A stretch of 64,000 nucleotides of DNA from IMGVR_UViG_3300020172_001601:62001-126000, one strand, 5' to 3'. Counted from the stretch's first letter, positions 24,607 to 35,201 are shown. Notes: generated from the letters alone by a model not told the origin. Made by a program: numbers and translations.

Positions 24607-25854
24607 ATGCAGGTCAATTATCGTGTTTCAGCATCGGGCTATCCTGTTTACCATGTTCAAATGAAAGATGCCTCAGTATGTGAGGCGCATATCGTGTCTA
24701 ACTGTGGGTCTGCCCACGAAGACGCTGATTCTTGGGGCGTGGCACACTTCCTGGAGCATATGTGCTTCCAAGGAACTCCCACTAAGAACAAACATCAAGT
24801 AAGCCGTGAACAGTCCTTGATTGGTTCGTACAACGCATACACAAACCAATTCAATACTGTCTATCACTTCGACGCACTTAACGAAGACTTTGAGAAAGGT
24901 TTTGTTCTTCTTAAAGAAGCCGTCTTCGATTCTTGTTATCCTGAAAAGGAATTCGAGAAGGAAAAGAGTGTTATTGTCGAAGAGTGGAGGATGTATGACA
25001 ATTATCCTTCCGAACACTTTTCTGACTATGTGATCGAGAAGTGCTTTGGGGCCGAAGAAGGCCACCCAATCATCGGCACAGAAGAGTCTATTCGGGGCAT
25101 GAATCCCGAAAAGCTGCACAGATTCAGAAACAAGTGGTACGGCAAAAACAATATCTTTGTTGTTATTGTTGGTAACTTGGATTTTGAAAAGGTGATGGAA
25201 GTCGTTGACAAAACACTCCCGCCAGCACCAGAAGTAGAAACCAGCCCTGTATGTTTGAACGGCGTCTTTGCAGATCAACCGAAGTACACTTTCGAGACTG
25301 ATCGCTTTGAACAAGCTGCATTCGGCATGGTTCGCAAGTGGTCATCGCCAAAAGAGGTTTACAAGAACCGCTATATTGCGAGCTTCTTTTCCTCTGCTTT
25401 GTCTAAGTATATGTACGAGTATATTCGAGACGACCTGGGCTTGTGCTATGGTGTCTGGAGCAGTCGCTTCCGTCACTTCGATAATTCCAATTTGATGATC
25501 TCGATGCTCACCAATAATGGATACTTGGAGAAGGCCGAAACTGAACTGGCGAATTTGTTTTCCAAAATTAAATCAGAGGGCTTCCCGAACGAAGTCTTTG
25601 AGATTGCCAAGAAGAGTTTGACTTATAACCAAGTCAAAACGCTTGATAACGTGGGCGGCATCGCTGGCTCAGTGGTTTTTGGTGTGCTTGGCTCGTCTGA
25701 CAAAGACTGGTTCTTGACTGAAGGACAAAAGGGCATGGACCCTGTTTGGCTCAAGTCTGTGGCCGCACAACTGACCCAGGAAGACCTGAAGGAATTTGCT
25801 AACACTTGGCTCGGCGACTTCACGAAGTTCGCTATGGTTTCAACCAAGAAGTAA
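24607..25854 (+). CDS. M16 family zinc peptidase
   Basis: GVAHFLEHMCFQGT HxxEH; NAYT; EKSVIVEE; IRDDLGLCY. Confidence 0.9.
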   Translation: MQVNYRVSASGYPVYHVQMKDASVCEAHIVSNCGSAHEDADSWGVAHFLEHMCFQGTPTKNKHQVSREQSLIGSYNAYTNQFNTVYHFDALNEDFEKGFVLLKEAVFDSCYPEKEFEKEKSVIVEEWRMYDNYPSEHFSDYVIEKCFGAEEGHPIIGTEESIRGMNPEKLHRFRNKWYGKNNIFVVIVGNLDFEKVMEVVDKTLPPAPEVETSPVCLNGVFADQPKYTFETDRFEQAAFGMVRKWSSPKEVYKNRYIASFFSSALSKYMYEYIRDDLGLCYGVWSSRFRHFDNSNLMISMLTNNGYLEKAETELANLFSKIKSEGFPNEVFEIAKKSLTYNQVKTLDNVGGIAGSVVFGVLGSSDKDWFLTEGQKGMDPVWLKSVAAQLTQEDLKEFANTWLGDFTKFAMVSTKK

Positions 25855-25910
25855 GTGCTTTACAGGTCAGTTGATTTGTGGTACTATCAGACGTAAGGAA
25901 CGGAGATACC

Positions 25911-26414
25911 ATGAAGTACGTCGAAGCATTCTCAATGGAACACCCGGCTCAATATCGAGGCGGGCCTCTAGGCAATATCGTCCCAGGCGAAAACAGTTTA
26001 TTCCTGGGCGGTGGCATCACGGGCTGTTTTGATTGGCAGGCCGAAATGTGTCGCCTATTGAAAGATGTGGACGACCTCGTGGTACTCAATCCTCGGCGCA
26101 AGAACTGGCCGATGAACGACCCTAGCGCCACTGACAAGCAAATCAAGTGGGAATACGAACATCTTCAGACAGCGAACATGATTATGTTCTGGTTCGCCCC
26201 TGAGACGCTGTGTCCCATCACTCTGTTTGAATATGGCAAGTGGTTGGTTCGCAACAAACCACTGTTCGTCGGTTGTGATCCGCAATATAAGCGGCTTCTC
26301 GACGTGCAGGTTCAGACTGCTCTGGAGCGACCCTTCCAGAAAGTTCATACGAGTCTTGAAGAAGTGGCAGATAGCATTCTGCTACATATCGACAGATACA
26401 CGGCGACTGAGTGA
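25911..26414 (+). CDS. nucleoside 2-deoxyribosyltransferase-like protein
   Basis: LFLGGGIT..DWQ, LNPRR, QIKWE, PITLFEYG. Confidence 0.85.
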   Translation: MKYVEAFSMEHPAQYRGGPLGNIVPGENSLFLGGGITGCFDWQAEMCRLLKDVDDLVVLNPRRKNWPMNDPSATDKQIKWEYEHLQTANMIMFWFAPETLCPITLFEYGKWLVRNKPLFVGCDPQYKRLLDVQVQTALERPFQKVHTSLEEVADSILLHIDRYTATE

Positions 26415-26624
26415 CCATGCTAGTTACGACTATTGAAGAGTTGTGGCGTGAAGTCATGAAGGACGAAGTGCCGGGTTCAAAAGCCTACTACAAGGCTGAA
26501 TACTATATGGGGCAAGCTGTTGCTTTGTATGGAGCCGAAACGCTCATTAAGGCTCATAATGAGCGAGAATTGGAAGCAAAGGTTTTTGATGATCCTTTTA
26601 ATTTCTTGGTAAATAGATAAATAT

Positions 26625-26693
26625 GTCTCGGCCTGCGGATCAGGCGTTGGGCCTCCGAAGCCCGAATGAAAGGTTCGACTCCTTTCCGGGATA
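26625..26693 (+). tRNA. tRNA-Arg(CCG), compact non-canonical fold
   Basis: TTGGGC-CTCCGAA-GCCCGA. Confidence 0.75.
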
Positions 26694-26696
26694 CTT

Positions 26697-26765
26697 GCCC
26701 CTGGTGATGGACACAGCAGATCGTTCTAAGGTCAGCGTTGAGGGTTCGATTCCTTCCGGGGGCGC
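26697..26765 (+). tRNA. tRNA-Arg(TCT), reduced D arm
   Basis: GATC-GTTCTAA-GGTC; T arm intact. Confidence 0.55.
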
Positions 26766-26766
26766 T

Positions 26767-26836
26767 TGGGTCAAATGCCATGATGGGAGTACATTCTGTT
26801 AAAATGACCCCTCTCATCGAATAATTTGTTGACCCA
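26767..26836 (+). ncRNA. Y-RNA-like small RNA
   Basis: TGGGTCAAATGC...GGGAGTACATT...AATTTGTTGACCCA. Confidence 0.65.
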
Positions 26837-26894
26837 TTTTTTAGAAATTGTGCCTACCATTGGCACTTACTCAAGCTAAGGGTACGGGCGTGTA

Positions 26895-27323
26895 ATGGCA
26901 GTCAAGAAGAGGTTTGTCGAGTGTGAATGCGGCGAGGTATTCATAGAAGGCAAAAATAATCAACTTGAAGGCAATACAGCATTAGGTCCGTGGCGTCTCA
27001 AAGACAATCGCAAGCGTCAAGGCAAGACTACACAGCAGGGCGATATTTTAGCGGCTATATTTGAACGCAGTGTATTCTGCATCAAATGTAAAAATGAACT
27101 AATGCGAGAAAAACGTCAGTACGAACTGACGCCGCCAGTCACACAGTCTGATGAACCAGTTACATCGTATTCGACTCGTGAGTTTGTGTATCGACAGGCT
27201 CCAAAGCCAACTGCGAGTGACTTGAGCGCTGTGAACATCAGTGTTTCGTCAGAAGGATACAATGCTGGTGAGTTGATCGCCGTAGATCAAGTCATAGCTG
27301 GATATGGTAAACATGGCTCGTAA
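26895..27323 (+). CDS. hypothetical Zn-ribbon protein
   Basis: CECG...CIKC. Confidence 0.55.
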   Translation: MAVKKRFVECECGEVFIEGKNNQLEGNTALGPWRLKDNRKRQGKTTQQGDILAAIFERSVFCIKCKNELMREKRQYELTPPVTQSDEPVTSYSTREFVYRQAPKPTASDLSAVNISVSSEGYNAGELIAVDQVIAGYGKHGS

Positions 27324-27385
27324 GTGTACCGGAAACACGCTGGTCTTCGGAACCAGAAAAGCAGGTTCGATTCCTGCACGGGCTA
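27315..27385 (+). tRNA. tRNA-Arg(TCG)
   Basis: CTGGT-CTTCGGA-ACCAG. Confidence 0.8.
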
Positions 27386-27388
27386 CTC

Positions 27389-27727
27389 ATGAAATATGAA
27401 AAGATGGAAAACTTGCGACCCTGGGAAAAGAATCCTAAACAATATCTGTTATGCAGAAAGCATAGCATGGTGTTCTTAGAGGGTTGGGAGTGTCCAGATT
27501 GTGAGCGGTCCCAGGCTCGAAACATATTCGATCCTTGGGAGCCGAGCGTTGAACAAGATCAACAAGAAGAAAACCACGACCCGCTCATTCTGAGTATGGT
27601 CGCAGCGGCAGCAGAAGAAAAGATTCCTATGCCGGGCGTTTACAAACTTGAAGTATGTCCTCTACACAACTTACAATATGTGGCGGGGCTAAATGAATGC
27701 CCGGAATGTAAATGTTGGGCCTCATGA
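27389..27727 (+). CDS. hypothetical protein with two CxxH..CPxC motifs
   Basis: CRKH..CPDC; CPLH..CPEC. Confidence 0.6.
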   Translation: MKYEKMENLRPWEKNPKQYLLCRKHSMVFLEGWECPDCERSQARNIFDPWEPSVEQDQQEENHDPLILSMVAAAAEEKIPMPGVYKLEVCPLHNLQYVAGLNECPECKCWAS

Positions 27728-27798
27728 TTCGGTAACTCAATTGGCAGAGTAGCAGACTCTTAATCTGTTTGTTGTGGGTTCGACTCCCACCCGGATCA
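27726..27798 (+). tRNA. tRNA-Lys(CTT)
   Basis: GCAGA-CTCTTAA-TCTGT. Confidence 0.9.
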
Positions 27799-27800
27799 CT

Positions 27801-28025
27801 ATGGAAAACTTCAAAGGCATATTGGCTGGAGTTGGAATAAACGACCTACAGATGTTAGGCCGAGCCGTCAGGCCCTTGAACAACAAGGACGTTACTTGGA
27901 ATGGCTCTCAATATTCCATCAATGCCTTTTTCGATCAATTTGGATACGAAACGCCGATTCATTTGACGATAAAGAAAAAGAAAAAGTATCGCTCGATTGA
28001 CGAACCGTTCGAGCCGAGTTGGTAA
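27801..28025 (+). CDS. small protein with shared C-terminal motif
   Basis: ends KKKKKYRSIDEPFEPSW. Confidence 0.6.
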   Translation: MENFKGILAGVGINDLQMLGRAVRPLNNKDVTWNGSQYSINAFFDQFGYETPIHLTIKKKKKYRSIDEPFEPSW

Positions 28026-28028
28026 TAT

Positions 28029-28101
28029 AGTCGCATAGCTCAGTTGGCAGAGCATCACCCTGATAAGGTGGGGGTCGGTGGTTCAAGTCCACCTGCGACT
28101 A
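28029..28101 (+). tRNA. tRNA-Ile(GAT)
   Basis: TCACC-CTGATAA-GGTGG. Confidence 0.92.
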
Positions 28102-28161
28102 CTTGATTTACAATGCCACCCATTCGTGGTACAATAAAGCATTCGTAGCTTTAACCATTGA

Positions 28162-28704
28162 GTGAGTTCGATGAATACTCAGTATTTCTTCATCCATGTA
28201 ATCCTGCTTGGGATTTTGACAGTTGTTGCATTCGTTGCCGCAGTGATTCTAGCAATCATTTGGTATAACGAAAAAGAAGAAAATCCAAGTTGGATGATTG
28301 GCTCAAGAACAAAATGGGGCATAGCGTCTGTGCTTTGTTTTCTTTTGTTCGGCGGCGGTCTTGGTTGGTGGATTGCTTCTGGCAACGAGCCGTGGCGTCA
28401 TGAATATACGTCCCTGCACGATATTAAGGACGTGACGTTCCCTGATGGAACGAAAGTGCAGATGTTTACTTGTGACAATACCCATCACAATGTAACGTCC
28501 ATGTTCGGCAAAGTGATTGACGAGAAGGAATGGCAGATTCGCCGAGTTCGGTGGAGTCCGTTATACCTGGGAGTGAGTTGGTCTTGTTGTACAAGGTGTC
28601 AACAAGGCGATCACTATTTTCTTGAACATAAAAAGGGCGAACAACCCTCTATTGAATTGCAGGATAATCTTCCAGCAGAAAAGCTGCCTCCACCGGCTAA
28701 ATAA
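28162..28704 (+). CDS. membrane protein (2 TM)
   Basis: two hydrophobic helices. Confidence 0.6.
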   Translation: MSSMNTQYFFIHVILLGILTVVAFVAAVILAIIWYNEKEENPSWMIGSRTKWGIASVLCFLLFGGGLGWWIASGNEPWRHEYTSLHDIKDVTFPDGTKVQMFTCDNTHHNVTSMFGKVIDEKEWQIRRVRWSPLYLGVSWSCCTRCQQGDHYFLEHKKGEQPSIELQDNLPAEKLPPPAK

Positions 28705-28812
28705 GTTGAACCCGGTCTGCTAGTGGTGGGCGTTTTTGCTGTTTCCTGCTCCGGTATCAGTTTGAATGTCTCCCGAAGATTAACAGCGTCAGGAGCATTA
28801 CGGGTTTAAGAA

Positions 28813-28885
28813 GCGGAATGCGCATAATGGCTGTTGCCCCTGATTTCCAATCAGGTCTGAATGGGTTCGATTCCCATATTCCGCA
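28813..28885 (+). tRNA. tRNA-Gly(TCC)
   Basis: CCTGA-TTTCCAA-TCAGG. Confidence 0.8.
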
Positions 28886-28889
28886 CTAT

Positions 28890-28961
28890 GCGGGTGTAAC
28901 TCAATGGTAGAGTACCTGCCTTCCAAGCAGGTTGTTGTGGGTTCGAGTCCCATCGCCCGCT
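28890..28961 (+). tRNA. tRNA-Gly(TCC)
   Basis: CCTGC-CTTCCAA-GCAGG. Confidence 0.93.
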
Positions 28962-29044
28962 CTAATCACCCTCCATGCCTCTTTTTGTGATTGCAAGTAG
29001 CAACGCTACCGATTACAATTACGCACACTTTGGAGGGTTTTTTC

Positions 29045-29428
29045 ATGAAACAAGAAACTGAAGATAAGATAGTTGCAGAGTTCCCGGAATACTTTCCTGA
29101 TTTCCGTGGCGATCCGACCAAGACTTGCCTTGCGTGGGGCCTAGCTGTTGGCGAAGGCTGGAGTAACTTGTTCCACCAGTTGTGTCGTGATATAAAAGCA
29201 ACCAACCCACCCGAAGGTTTCAAGTTCGAGCAGGTCAAGGAAAAGTTCGGCGGTTTGCGAGTGTACGCTTCTGGCGGCACGAGCGAGATCGGCAAATTGA
29301 TTGATGCCGCCGAAAACGATTCCTATACGATATGCGAAAATTGTGGAACTAAAGACGGCGTGAAGTCCGAGGGTGCTTGGATTACTACCTTGTGTGGCAA
29401 TTGTCGTGGAACGATCAAAGCTGTATGA
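29045..29428 (+). CDS. phage conserved hypothetical protein
   Basis: GEGW..QVKEKFGGLRVY..CENCG..TLCGNC. Confidence 0.75.
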   Translation: MKQETEDKIVAEFPEYFPDFRGDPTKTCLAWGLAVGEGWSNLFHQLCRDIKATNPPEGFKFEQVKEKFGGLRVYASGGTSEIGKLIDAAENDSYTICENCGTKDGVKSEGAWITTLCGNCRGTIKAV

Positions 29429-29434
29429 GTAAAT

Positions 29435-29507
29435 GCCGGTGTAACTCAGTTGGTAGAGTAGCAGTTTTGTAAACTGCCTGTCGTGGGTTCGACTCCCTCC
29501 ACCGGCT
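29435..29507 (+). tRNA. tRNA-Thr(TGT)
   Basis: GCAGT-TTTGTAA-ACTGC. Confidence 0.92.
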
Positions 29508-29556
29508 CTTTTTGACAAGTCTGATTTGTGACCTATGCTTCAAGCAGGAGGCCACA

Positions 29557-29721
29557 ATGAAAGTGATATGTGCTTGGTGCAAAAAAGATATGGGGCAAAA
29601 GGAACCGTTAGAAGATGATTTGATCTCTCACGGTATTTGCCCCATTTGTGCTTCTGCTATTGAGGCAGAAATACATACTCTTCAGGATATTTGCCCTGTG
29701 GGTTATTGCGATCCACAATAG
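29557..29721 (+). CDS. small Zn-finger protein
   Basis: CAWC...SHGICPIC; GGAGG RBS. Confidence 0.65.
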   Translation: MKVICAWCKKDMGQKEPLEDDLISHGICPICASAIEAEIHTLQDICPVGYCDPQ

Positions 29722-30571
29722 GCAGAAATGGTACACCCGACTTTCCAAATATCGTGAAGTCGCCGCTCTTAGCGTGTACTCGACTGCCATAGGAGCCGTT
29801 GATGTTATTCATAAATGCCCTCAGTTCTGTGGCAGCAATCTTTCCATCCCCGTTCGGGTCGATGGCACTACTCTTCTCAGCCATAGCGTTGAATATCTTT
29901 GCCATGATATTTCCTTGAACATATGCAGCGCTTGTCTCGCTTGCCGATGAAGTAGCAAATATGGTTATGAGTTCTTGCTGGCGAGGCGACAAACTTCCAA
30001 TATCAGGAAGCCCGGCACTCGCATAGCAACTCAGTTGCCACCAGAATATCTTCTGATTGTTCTTCTCAGCAATATCGGCGATGACCTTGAGGACATCTGA
30101 TCTGCGTCCCATGTTGTCTAAGCTGCCACCAGGGAAACCGTGTCCAATAGTGAATAGAATCAATGTGTCGCCCGGTGTTGCATCGGTCTTGATATACTGG
30201 TTCAGATATTGTGACAATGTTTCAATGGAGTACATTCTATCGACGGTTTCTGGATCATTATTTTGGAAGCCCATATACCGACCATCTACGAAGTGGTTGC
30301 CGACCACCTTGATGTTCAGGCCCTTTTCAGAAGCCTTCTGAGCGGCTTTAATGGCTAGATTGGCATCGCCGTCAGCCATGTGTTCTCTGGAGTGCTTGAT
30401 GCACAACAAGCGAATCTTGGGGGTTGGTGCTTCGGCACCGTAGTACCGAGTTTGCACCGTGGGCTGTTGAATAGAATTGACATTGCTACAGCCGACAATG
30501 CCGAATATAAACACAAGCGGAAGTATCCACCCGAATAGGCGTCGATCCATCGTATACCTCATTTTGAACAA
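29657..30571 (-). CDS. lipoprotein with putative caspase/legumain-like fold
   Basis: lipobox IVGC; LILFTIGHG and QLSCYAS His/Cys dyad pattern. Confidence 0.55.
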   Translation of the reverse strand: MFKMRYTMDRRLFGWILPLVFIFGIVGCSNVNSIQQPTVQTRYYGAEAPTPKIRLLCIKHSREHMADGDANLAIKAAQKASEKGLNIKVVGNHFVDGRYMGFQNNDPETVDRMYSIETLSQYLNQYIKTDATPGDTLILFTIGHGFPGGSLDNMGRRSDVLKVIADIAEKNNQKIFWWQLSCYASAGLPDIGSLSPRQQELITIFATSSASETSAAYVQGNIMAKIFNAMAEKSSAIDPNGDGKIAATELRAFMNNINGSYGSRVHAKSGDFTIFGKSGVPFLPIVDRNNPQGKYPEEYVFLPQ

Positions 30572-30611
30572 TCCTTGTTGCTACATCTAGTTATGAAAGT
30601 GGGGACGATAA

Positions 30612-31004
30612 ATGGTAATCGTCGGTAGAATATCCTTAGTCGATCATCCTACGGCTGCTCACCTACAAGTTGGCACAATTCAGGGCAAAACCGTTGTTGT
30701 GGGTCGCCACTATGACGAAGGCACCTTTGGATTTTTCATTCCAAATGGGGCGATTGTGCCGGACAAGCTGGCTGATGAGATGTGGGTGAAGGGCAAATTG
30801 TCCGGCAAAAACAAGGATCGGGTCAAAGCCAGGGAGATGCACGGCGTTTTTTCCGAAGGGCTGTTTTACGGCAGTCGGTACTTTGTGGTACAATCTGGAG
30901 AAAAGGTCTACATCGACACGCCAAGCTGGAACCCTGCCTGGGTTGAGGGTCAAGATGTAGCGAATGAAGTGGGCGTTCTTGAAAGTGGCCCACTATCAAC
31001 TTAA
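30612..31004 (+). CDS. stand-alone tRNA-binding OB domain (similar to N-terminus of DRB0094 RNA ligases/PheT)
   Basis: HPTAAHLQV..VVVG..FFIP..DRVKAREMHGVFSEGL. Confidence 0.6.
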   Translation: MVIVGRISLVDHPTAAHLQVGTIQGKTVVVGRHYDEGTFGFFIPNGAIVPDKLADEMWVKGKLSGKNKDRVKAREMHGVFSEGLFYGSRYFVVQSGEKVYIDTPSWNPAWVEGQDVANEVGVLESGPLST

Positions 31005-31047
31005 AATACTGAGTCAGTAGTCCATACATAAGGAGTAGTGCTTCAAT

Positions 31048-31386
31048 ATGAGTGAAACAATAACGCTCCCGGAGCCAAAAGAGAAAGTAGATAACAAGAC
31101 TGATAATAAGACTAAGCGTCAACCGCCATATAACGTCATTCTGATGAATGACGACGATCATACGGTCGAATATGTCGTGACGTTGTGCCAAAAAATATTT
31201 GGCTTTCCAATAGAGAAGGGTCTATTGAAAGCCAAAGAGGTTCACGAACAGGGTCGGTCTATTTTGTGGACTGGCGCTCTCGAATTGGCCGAGTTGAAGC
31301 AAGAACAAATTCACGCTGTTGGCAAAGACCCGCAGATTAAACGCTGCAAGGGTAGTATGACTGCGGTACTGGAACCGGCAGCGTAA
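31048..31386 (+). CDS. clpS: ATP-dependent Clp protease adaptor ClpS
   Basis: PPYNVILMNDDDHTVEYV..EVHEQGRS. Confidence 0.92.
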   Translation: MSETITLPEPKEKVDNKTDNKTKRQPPYNVILMNDDDHTVEYVVTLCQKIFGFPIEKGLLKAKEVHEQGRSILWTGALELAELKQEQIHAVGKDPQIKRCKGSMTAVLEPAA

Positions 31387-31396
31387 CAGGAGAACA

Positions 31397-31858
31397 ATGA
31401 GAGGAATATTGGTTTCGCTGGCCGTTGTATTCGGTTTTATAATCGTGGTCGCTCTCGTGTATCAAAAACCAAGCGAGCCACAACAGATTGCTGTTATATC
31501 AACAGAATCACCCATCCCCGCTCCCACACAAGTTGAGCCTCAAGTAAAAATAGATAATCCTCCGGCTGTTAAAATGCCGGAGCCAATGGTAATCACGTCA
31601 TATAAAGACGTGAATCGCATTCCAGATGCGGGTCTTCGCACCTTTGTTCGCCGCAAGGCAGATTTTCGTCACGATAATGTTCTCTTCTTTGAGTGGAAGG
31701 GCATTTCTGGTGACAAGATGACTGGTGAGGTTAAAGACAAAAAATACACGATCACTTTGCATCCTGCACATACCGTCATGTTTGGACAAGAAGTTGTGCA
31801 TCGCCAGATATTTGTGATTCCAGCTTCGTACCCTTATGTTTGCGAAGTCGCCAAGTGA
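31397..31858 (+). CDS. membrane-anchored hypothetical protein
   Basis: N-terminal TM, Pro-rich linker. Confidence 0.55.
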   Translation: MRGILVSLAVVFGFIIVVALVYQKPSEPQQIAVISTESPIPAPTQVEPQVKIDNPPAVKMPEPMVITSYKDVNRIPDAGLRTFVRRKADFRHDNVLFFEWKGISGDKMTGEVKDKKYTITLHPAHTVMFGQEVVHRQIFVIPASYPYVCEVAK

Positions 31859-32116
31859 GTGAATGTCTATACTGTAGATCATGAACCTTTGGCTTAAACT
31901 CGCCGTCGCAAGAAGGATTGCAGCGGAACTACAAATCAAGTATTGTGGCGTTCCTTACGGCGACGACTCCGAGCCTATCGAAGACGAGATGATCGAACAT
32001 CTCTGGAACCATCCAGAATACGATGAGGATATGTGGCTCAACGTCCATTGGGACGACTTCGATTGTGTTTGCTGGGTCCAGATTGGGGTCGGTCTTGAAC
32101 TCGTTCCGAGATAAAC

Positions 32117-32386
32117 ATGGCAAGAATCAGTAAAATCATTTGGATCGAAGATGATGATGGGACGATTTCTTTGGACACAATTCCTGGCATGACTCGTCAG
32201 GATATATTCCAAGCATCCCTTATCATGACCGATAAAGGCCGCATTCTGAAAAATCGTACTGGTCCGGCCAATCAAATGATTCCGTCATTCGAGCTTGTGA
32301 AGCAAGCGGTCAAGCCGCCCAAGAAAAAAACCAAGACCAAATATCGTTCGATATACGATTCGATGGATGTGAAAGCTGAATTATGA
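32117..32386 (+). CDS. hypothetical protein with C-terminal motif variant
   Basis: KKKTKTKYRSIYDSMD. Confidence 0.55.
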   Translation: MARISKIIWIEDDDGTISLDTIPGMTRQDIFQASLIMTDKGRILKNRTGPANQMIPSFELVKQAVKPPKKKTKTKYRSIYDSMDVKAEL

Positions 32387-32624
32387 GTGATTCAATTTGG
32401 CTGGAAGCATCGGTCAAGTTTCTCAAGACTTCATGGGAAGAAGTCCAAGACGGTGATGTGGTATATTACCAAATCATTCGGCGTCATCACGATAACAATG
32501 CCCACGGGCCATTTATCGTTGTCGATAAAACCCGTGGCAGATTGCGGAATGGAAATGGGGTTGAATTGAATTTCAATTCTGATAATCTGCAACTATTGAA
32601 GTTCGACCTTGTGTCGATATTGAT

Positions 32625-32698
32625 GGGCGATTAGCTCAGTTGGCTAGAGCGCCACGCTTACACCGTGGATGTCGCAGGTTCGAGTCCTGCATCGCCCA
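32625..32698 (+). tRNA. tRNA-Val(TAC)
   Basis: CCACG-CTTACAC-CGTGG. Confidence 0.93.
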
Positions 32699-32742
32699 CT
32701 CGAATTTACAAGTCATCAATTTCGTGGTATAGTTCCATCACT

Positions 32743-33210
32743 ATGGCACAGAAACTTTTTATTCCGAATCTCGGAACGCTGATGATTTTGGCTGAAGATT
32801 GGACCTTCAAGCTCTATTTTGAGGGTCGCAACTCCACCTTGTTAGAGGCGTTCGGCGGCGAAAAGAAGGCATGGTGGTCCCAACATCGTGGGTTGGACCC
32901 CAAATACTTCGTGAACGGTGAAATCCCGTCCTGTGTCGAGTACGAGAAGGCCATGTCGGAAGAAGAGTTGGGTGAAGCCTACCAATCCTTCCGGGCCACG
33001 AATGCCAGGGACAACCCGTTTATCCGGGTCACGTTTCCCAAAGGCACTCAACTCAAGGTTGACCGAATCTATATTCGCCGAGGCGGTGAATCATTCAGTT
33101 CTGTGACGTTTCGTACCACCAAGATTTCTCCTGATAAGCGCTTCGCAAGCAAGCGATTTTGGGTTAAACTTCGTGAAGCTAATGAAATTGTTGCTGACGT
33201 TATTGGGTAG
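32743..33210 (+). CDS. phage hypothetical protein
   Basis: ORF following promoter at 32705; LKVDRIYIR..FWVKL. Confidence 0.65.
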   Translation: MAQKLFIPNLGTLMILAEDWTFKLYFEGRNSTLLEAFGGEKKAWWSQHRGLDPKYFVNGEIPSCVEYEKAMSEEELGEAYQSFRATNARDNPFIRVTFPKGTQLKVDRIYIRRGGESFSSVTFRTTKISPDKRFASKRFWVKLREANEIVADVIG

Positions 33211-33254
33211 TTCGCCCAAGCTATAAGCAACATACTCAAATTTGGAGACAGTTT

Positions 33255-35201
33255 GTGGAACAGCTAGTGTTTTATGCGGTCGCAGCAGGCGTTGTCCTAC
33301 TCAGTGGTTTGTTTTTGTTTTGGCTCGGCTTCCGATATATCCCCAACCCAAAAGTGGGCATCGTCGAAAAGCTATGGTCCCGCAAGGGATCATTGAGTGA
33401 AGGCAACATCGTTGCCCTCAACGGCGAGGCCGGTTTCGAGGCTGATATTCTTCGAGGCGGTTTTCATTTTGGATATTGGCGGTGGCAGTATTCCGTGCAT
33501 AAACGGCCTCTGATTACCATCAAGCAGGGCAAGATGGGTTACGTCTTTGCTCGCACTGGCGAAGCACTAGGCCCTAGCCAAACGCTTGCCAAGGTCGTGG
33601 ATTGCAATCACTTCCAAAACGTGCAAGCGTTCCTAGAACATGGCCAGAAAGGTCGTCAACGAGCCATTCTTCGTGAAGGCGTATACGCCATCAACTTGGC
33701 TGTATTCAGCGTCATTACCGAAGACGGTATTTTCGCTATTGACGCCGACCGTGATCTGGCCGAATGGCAGCAACACTTGGCAGAAATCAACGGCTTCGAT
33801 CCAGTTGTGATTGGCAGTAATGCCGAGAACAAAACTGACAATATCGGCGTCGTAACTACGCATGATGGGCCTTCCTGCCAACAGGGAGAAATCATTGCTC
33901 CTCCTGTCGGCAATGAAGTTGGTGATGAAAACTATCACAACAACTTCCAGGACGTTGAAGCCTTCTTGAAAGCTGGTGGTCGTCGTGGAAAGCAATACGC
34001 CAGCTTGATCGACGGCACATACTTCATCAATCGTTGGTTTGCCACGATTGAGCTTATCCAGAAGGAAACCATCGAGATCGGCGAAGTCGGTGTCGTGGTG
34101 AGTTACTTCGGTAAGCAGGGCGACGATACATCCGGCAAGCAGTTCCGACACGGCGAACGAGTCCATCAGGGCGAGCGTGGTGTGTGGGACAATACGCTGG
34201 GGCCGGGCAAGTATCCGTTCAATACTTATGCTGGCAAGATCATCCGTGTGCCTACGACAAACTTCGTATTGCACTGGATCACCGGCAAGTCCGAAGGTCA
34301 CAAGTATGATGAGAGCCTGAAGTCCATCGACTTGATTACGAAGGATGCCTACGAGCCGATTCTACCGCTTTCCGTGGTGGTGCATATCGACTACCAGAAG
34401 GCTCCGAACGTCATTCAGCGATTTGGCGACGTGAAGAAGTTGATTACGCAGACCATCGACCCGATGTTGTCGGCGTACTTCCGAGACGTGGCGCACAAGA
34501 AGACTATGTTGGAACTTGTCCATAGCCGTGATGAAATCCAGCAGCAGGCTCGGAATGAACTCAAGGCGAAGTTTGAACAGTTCGACATTCAGTGTGTGGA
34601 CGTGCTGATCGGTAAGCCCGAAAGCAAGTCGGACGATGGCAAGATTGAGAATTTGCTCGAACAGCTTCGTCTCCGTCAGTTGTCGTTGGAGCAGATCGAA
34701 ACCTACGGCAAGCAAGAGGCGGCAGCGGCTAAACGTCAGACGTTGAATGAAGCCAACGCTAAGTCTGAAATGCAGGCAGAATTGACTCAATCCTCAATTC
34801 AGATCAGCATTCAGACGAACGAGGCTGAAGCACAACTGGCACGAGCCAGGAAAGACGCCGAGCGTAAGGTCGTTACGGCCAAAGCCGACAGCGAAAGTAT
34901 TTCGCTTGAAGGCAAGGGTCAATCCGACAAGATCAGCTTGGTTGGTACGTCCGAAGCTGACGTGCTTCGCAAGAAGGTCGAATCGTTCGGCGATGGAAAG
35001 TTGTACGCTTTGTCCTTGGTGGCTGATGCACTGTCTCATAGCGAGCAACCGCTTGTGCCTGAGACGGTTCTTGGTGGCTCAGGTGACAATGGCGGCATGA
35101 TGGCAACTTTGATCGGTTTGATTACCGCCGAGAAACTTGGCGTTAAGATCGGGCCGATTCAGAAACCGGAAGTGCAACCTGCCGAGGCCGAAAAGGTCTA
35201 A
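33255..35201 (+). CDS. SPFH/band-7 (flotillin-like) protein
   Basis: N-terminal TM, repeated domain, SPFH core, coiled-coil C-terminus. Confidence 0.85.
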   Translation: MEQLVFYAVAAGVVLLSGLFLFWLGFRYIPNPKVGIVEKLWSRKGSLSEGNIVALNGEAGFEADILRGGFHFGYWRWQYSVHKRPLITIKQGKMGYVFARTGEALGPSQTLAKVVDCNHFQNVQAFLEHGQKGRQRAILREGVYAINLAVFSVITEDGIFAIDADRDLAEWQQHLAEINGFDPVVIGSNAENKTDNIGVVTTHDGPSCQQGEIIAPPVGNEVGDENYHNNFQDVEAFLKAGGRRGKQYASLIDGTYFINRWFATIELIQKETIEIGEVGVVVSYFGKQGDDTSGKQFRHGERVHQGERGVWDNTLGPGKYPFNTYAGKIIRVPTTNFVLHWITGKSEGHKYDESLKSIDLITKDAYEPILPLSVVVHIDYQKAPNVIQRFGDVKKLITQTIDPMLSAYFRDVAHKKTMLELVHSRDEIQQQARNELKAKFEQFDIQCVDVLIGKPESKSDDGKIENLLEQLRLRQLSLEQIETYGKQEAAAAKRQTLNEANAKSEMQAELTQSSIQISIQTNEAEAQLARARKDAERKVVTAKADSESISLEGKGQSDKISLVGTSEADVLRKKVESFGDGKLYALSLVADALSHSEQPLVPETVLGGSGDNGGMMATLIGLITAEKLGVKIGPIQKPEVQPAEAEKV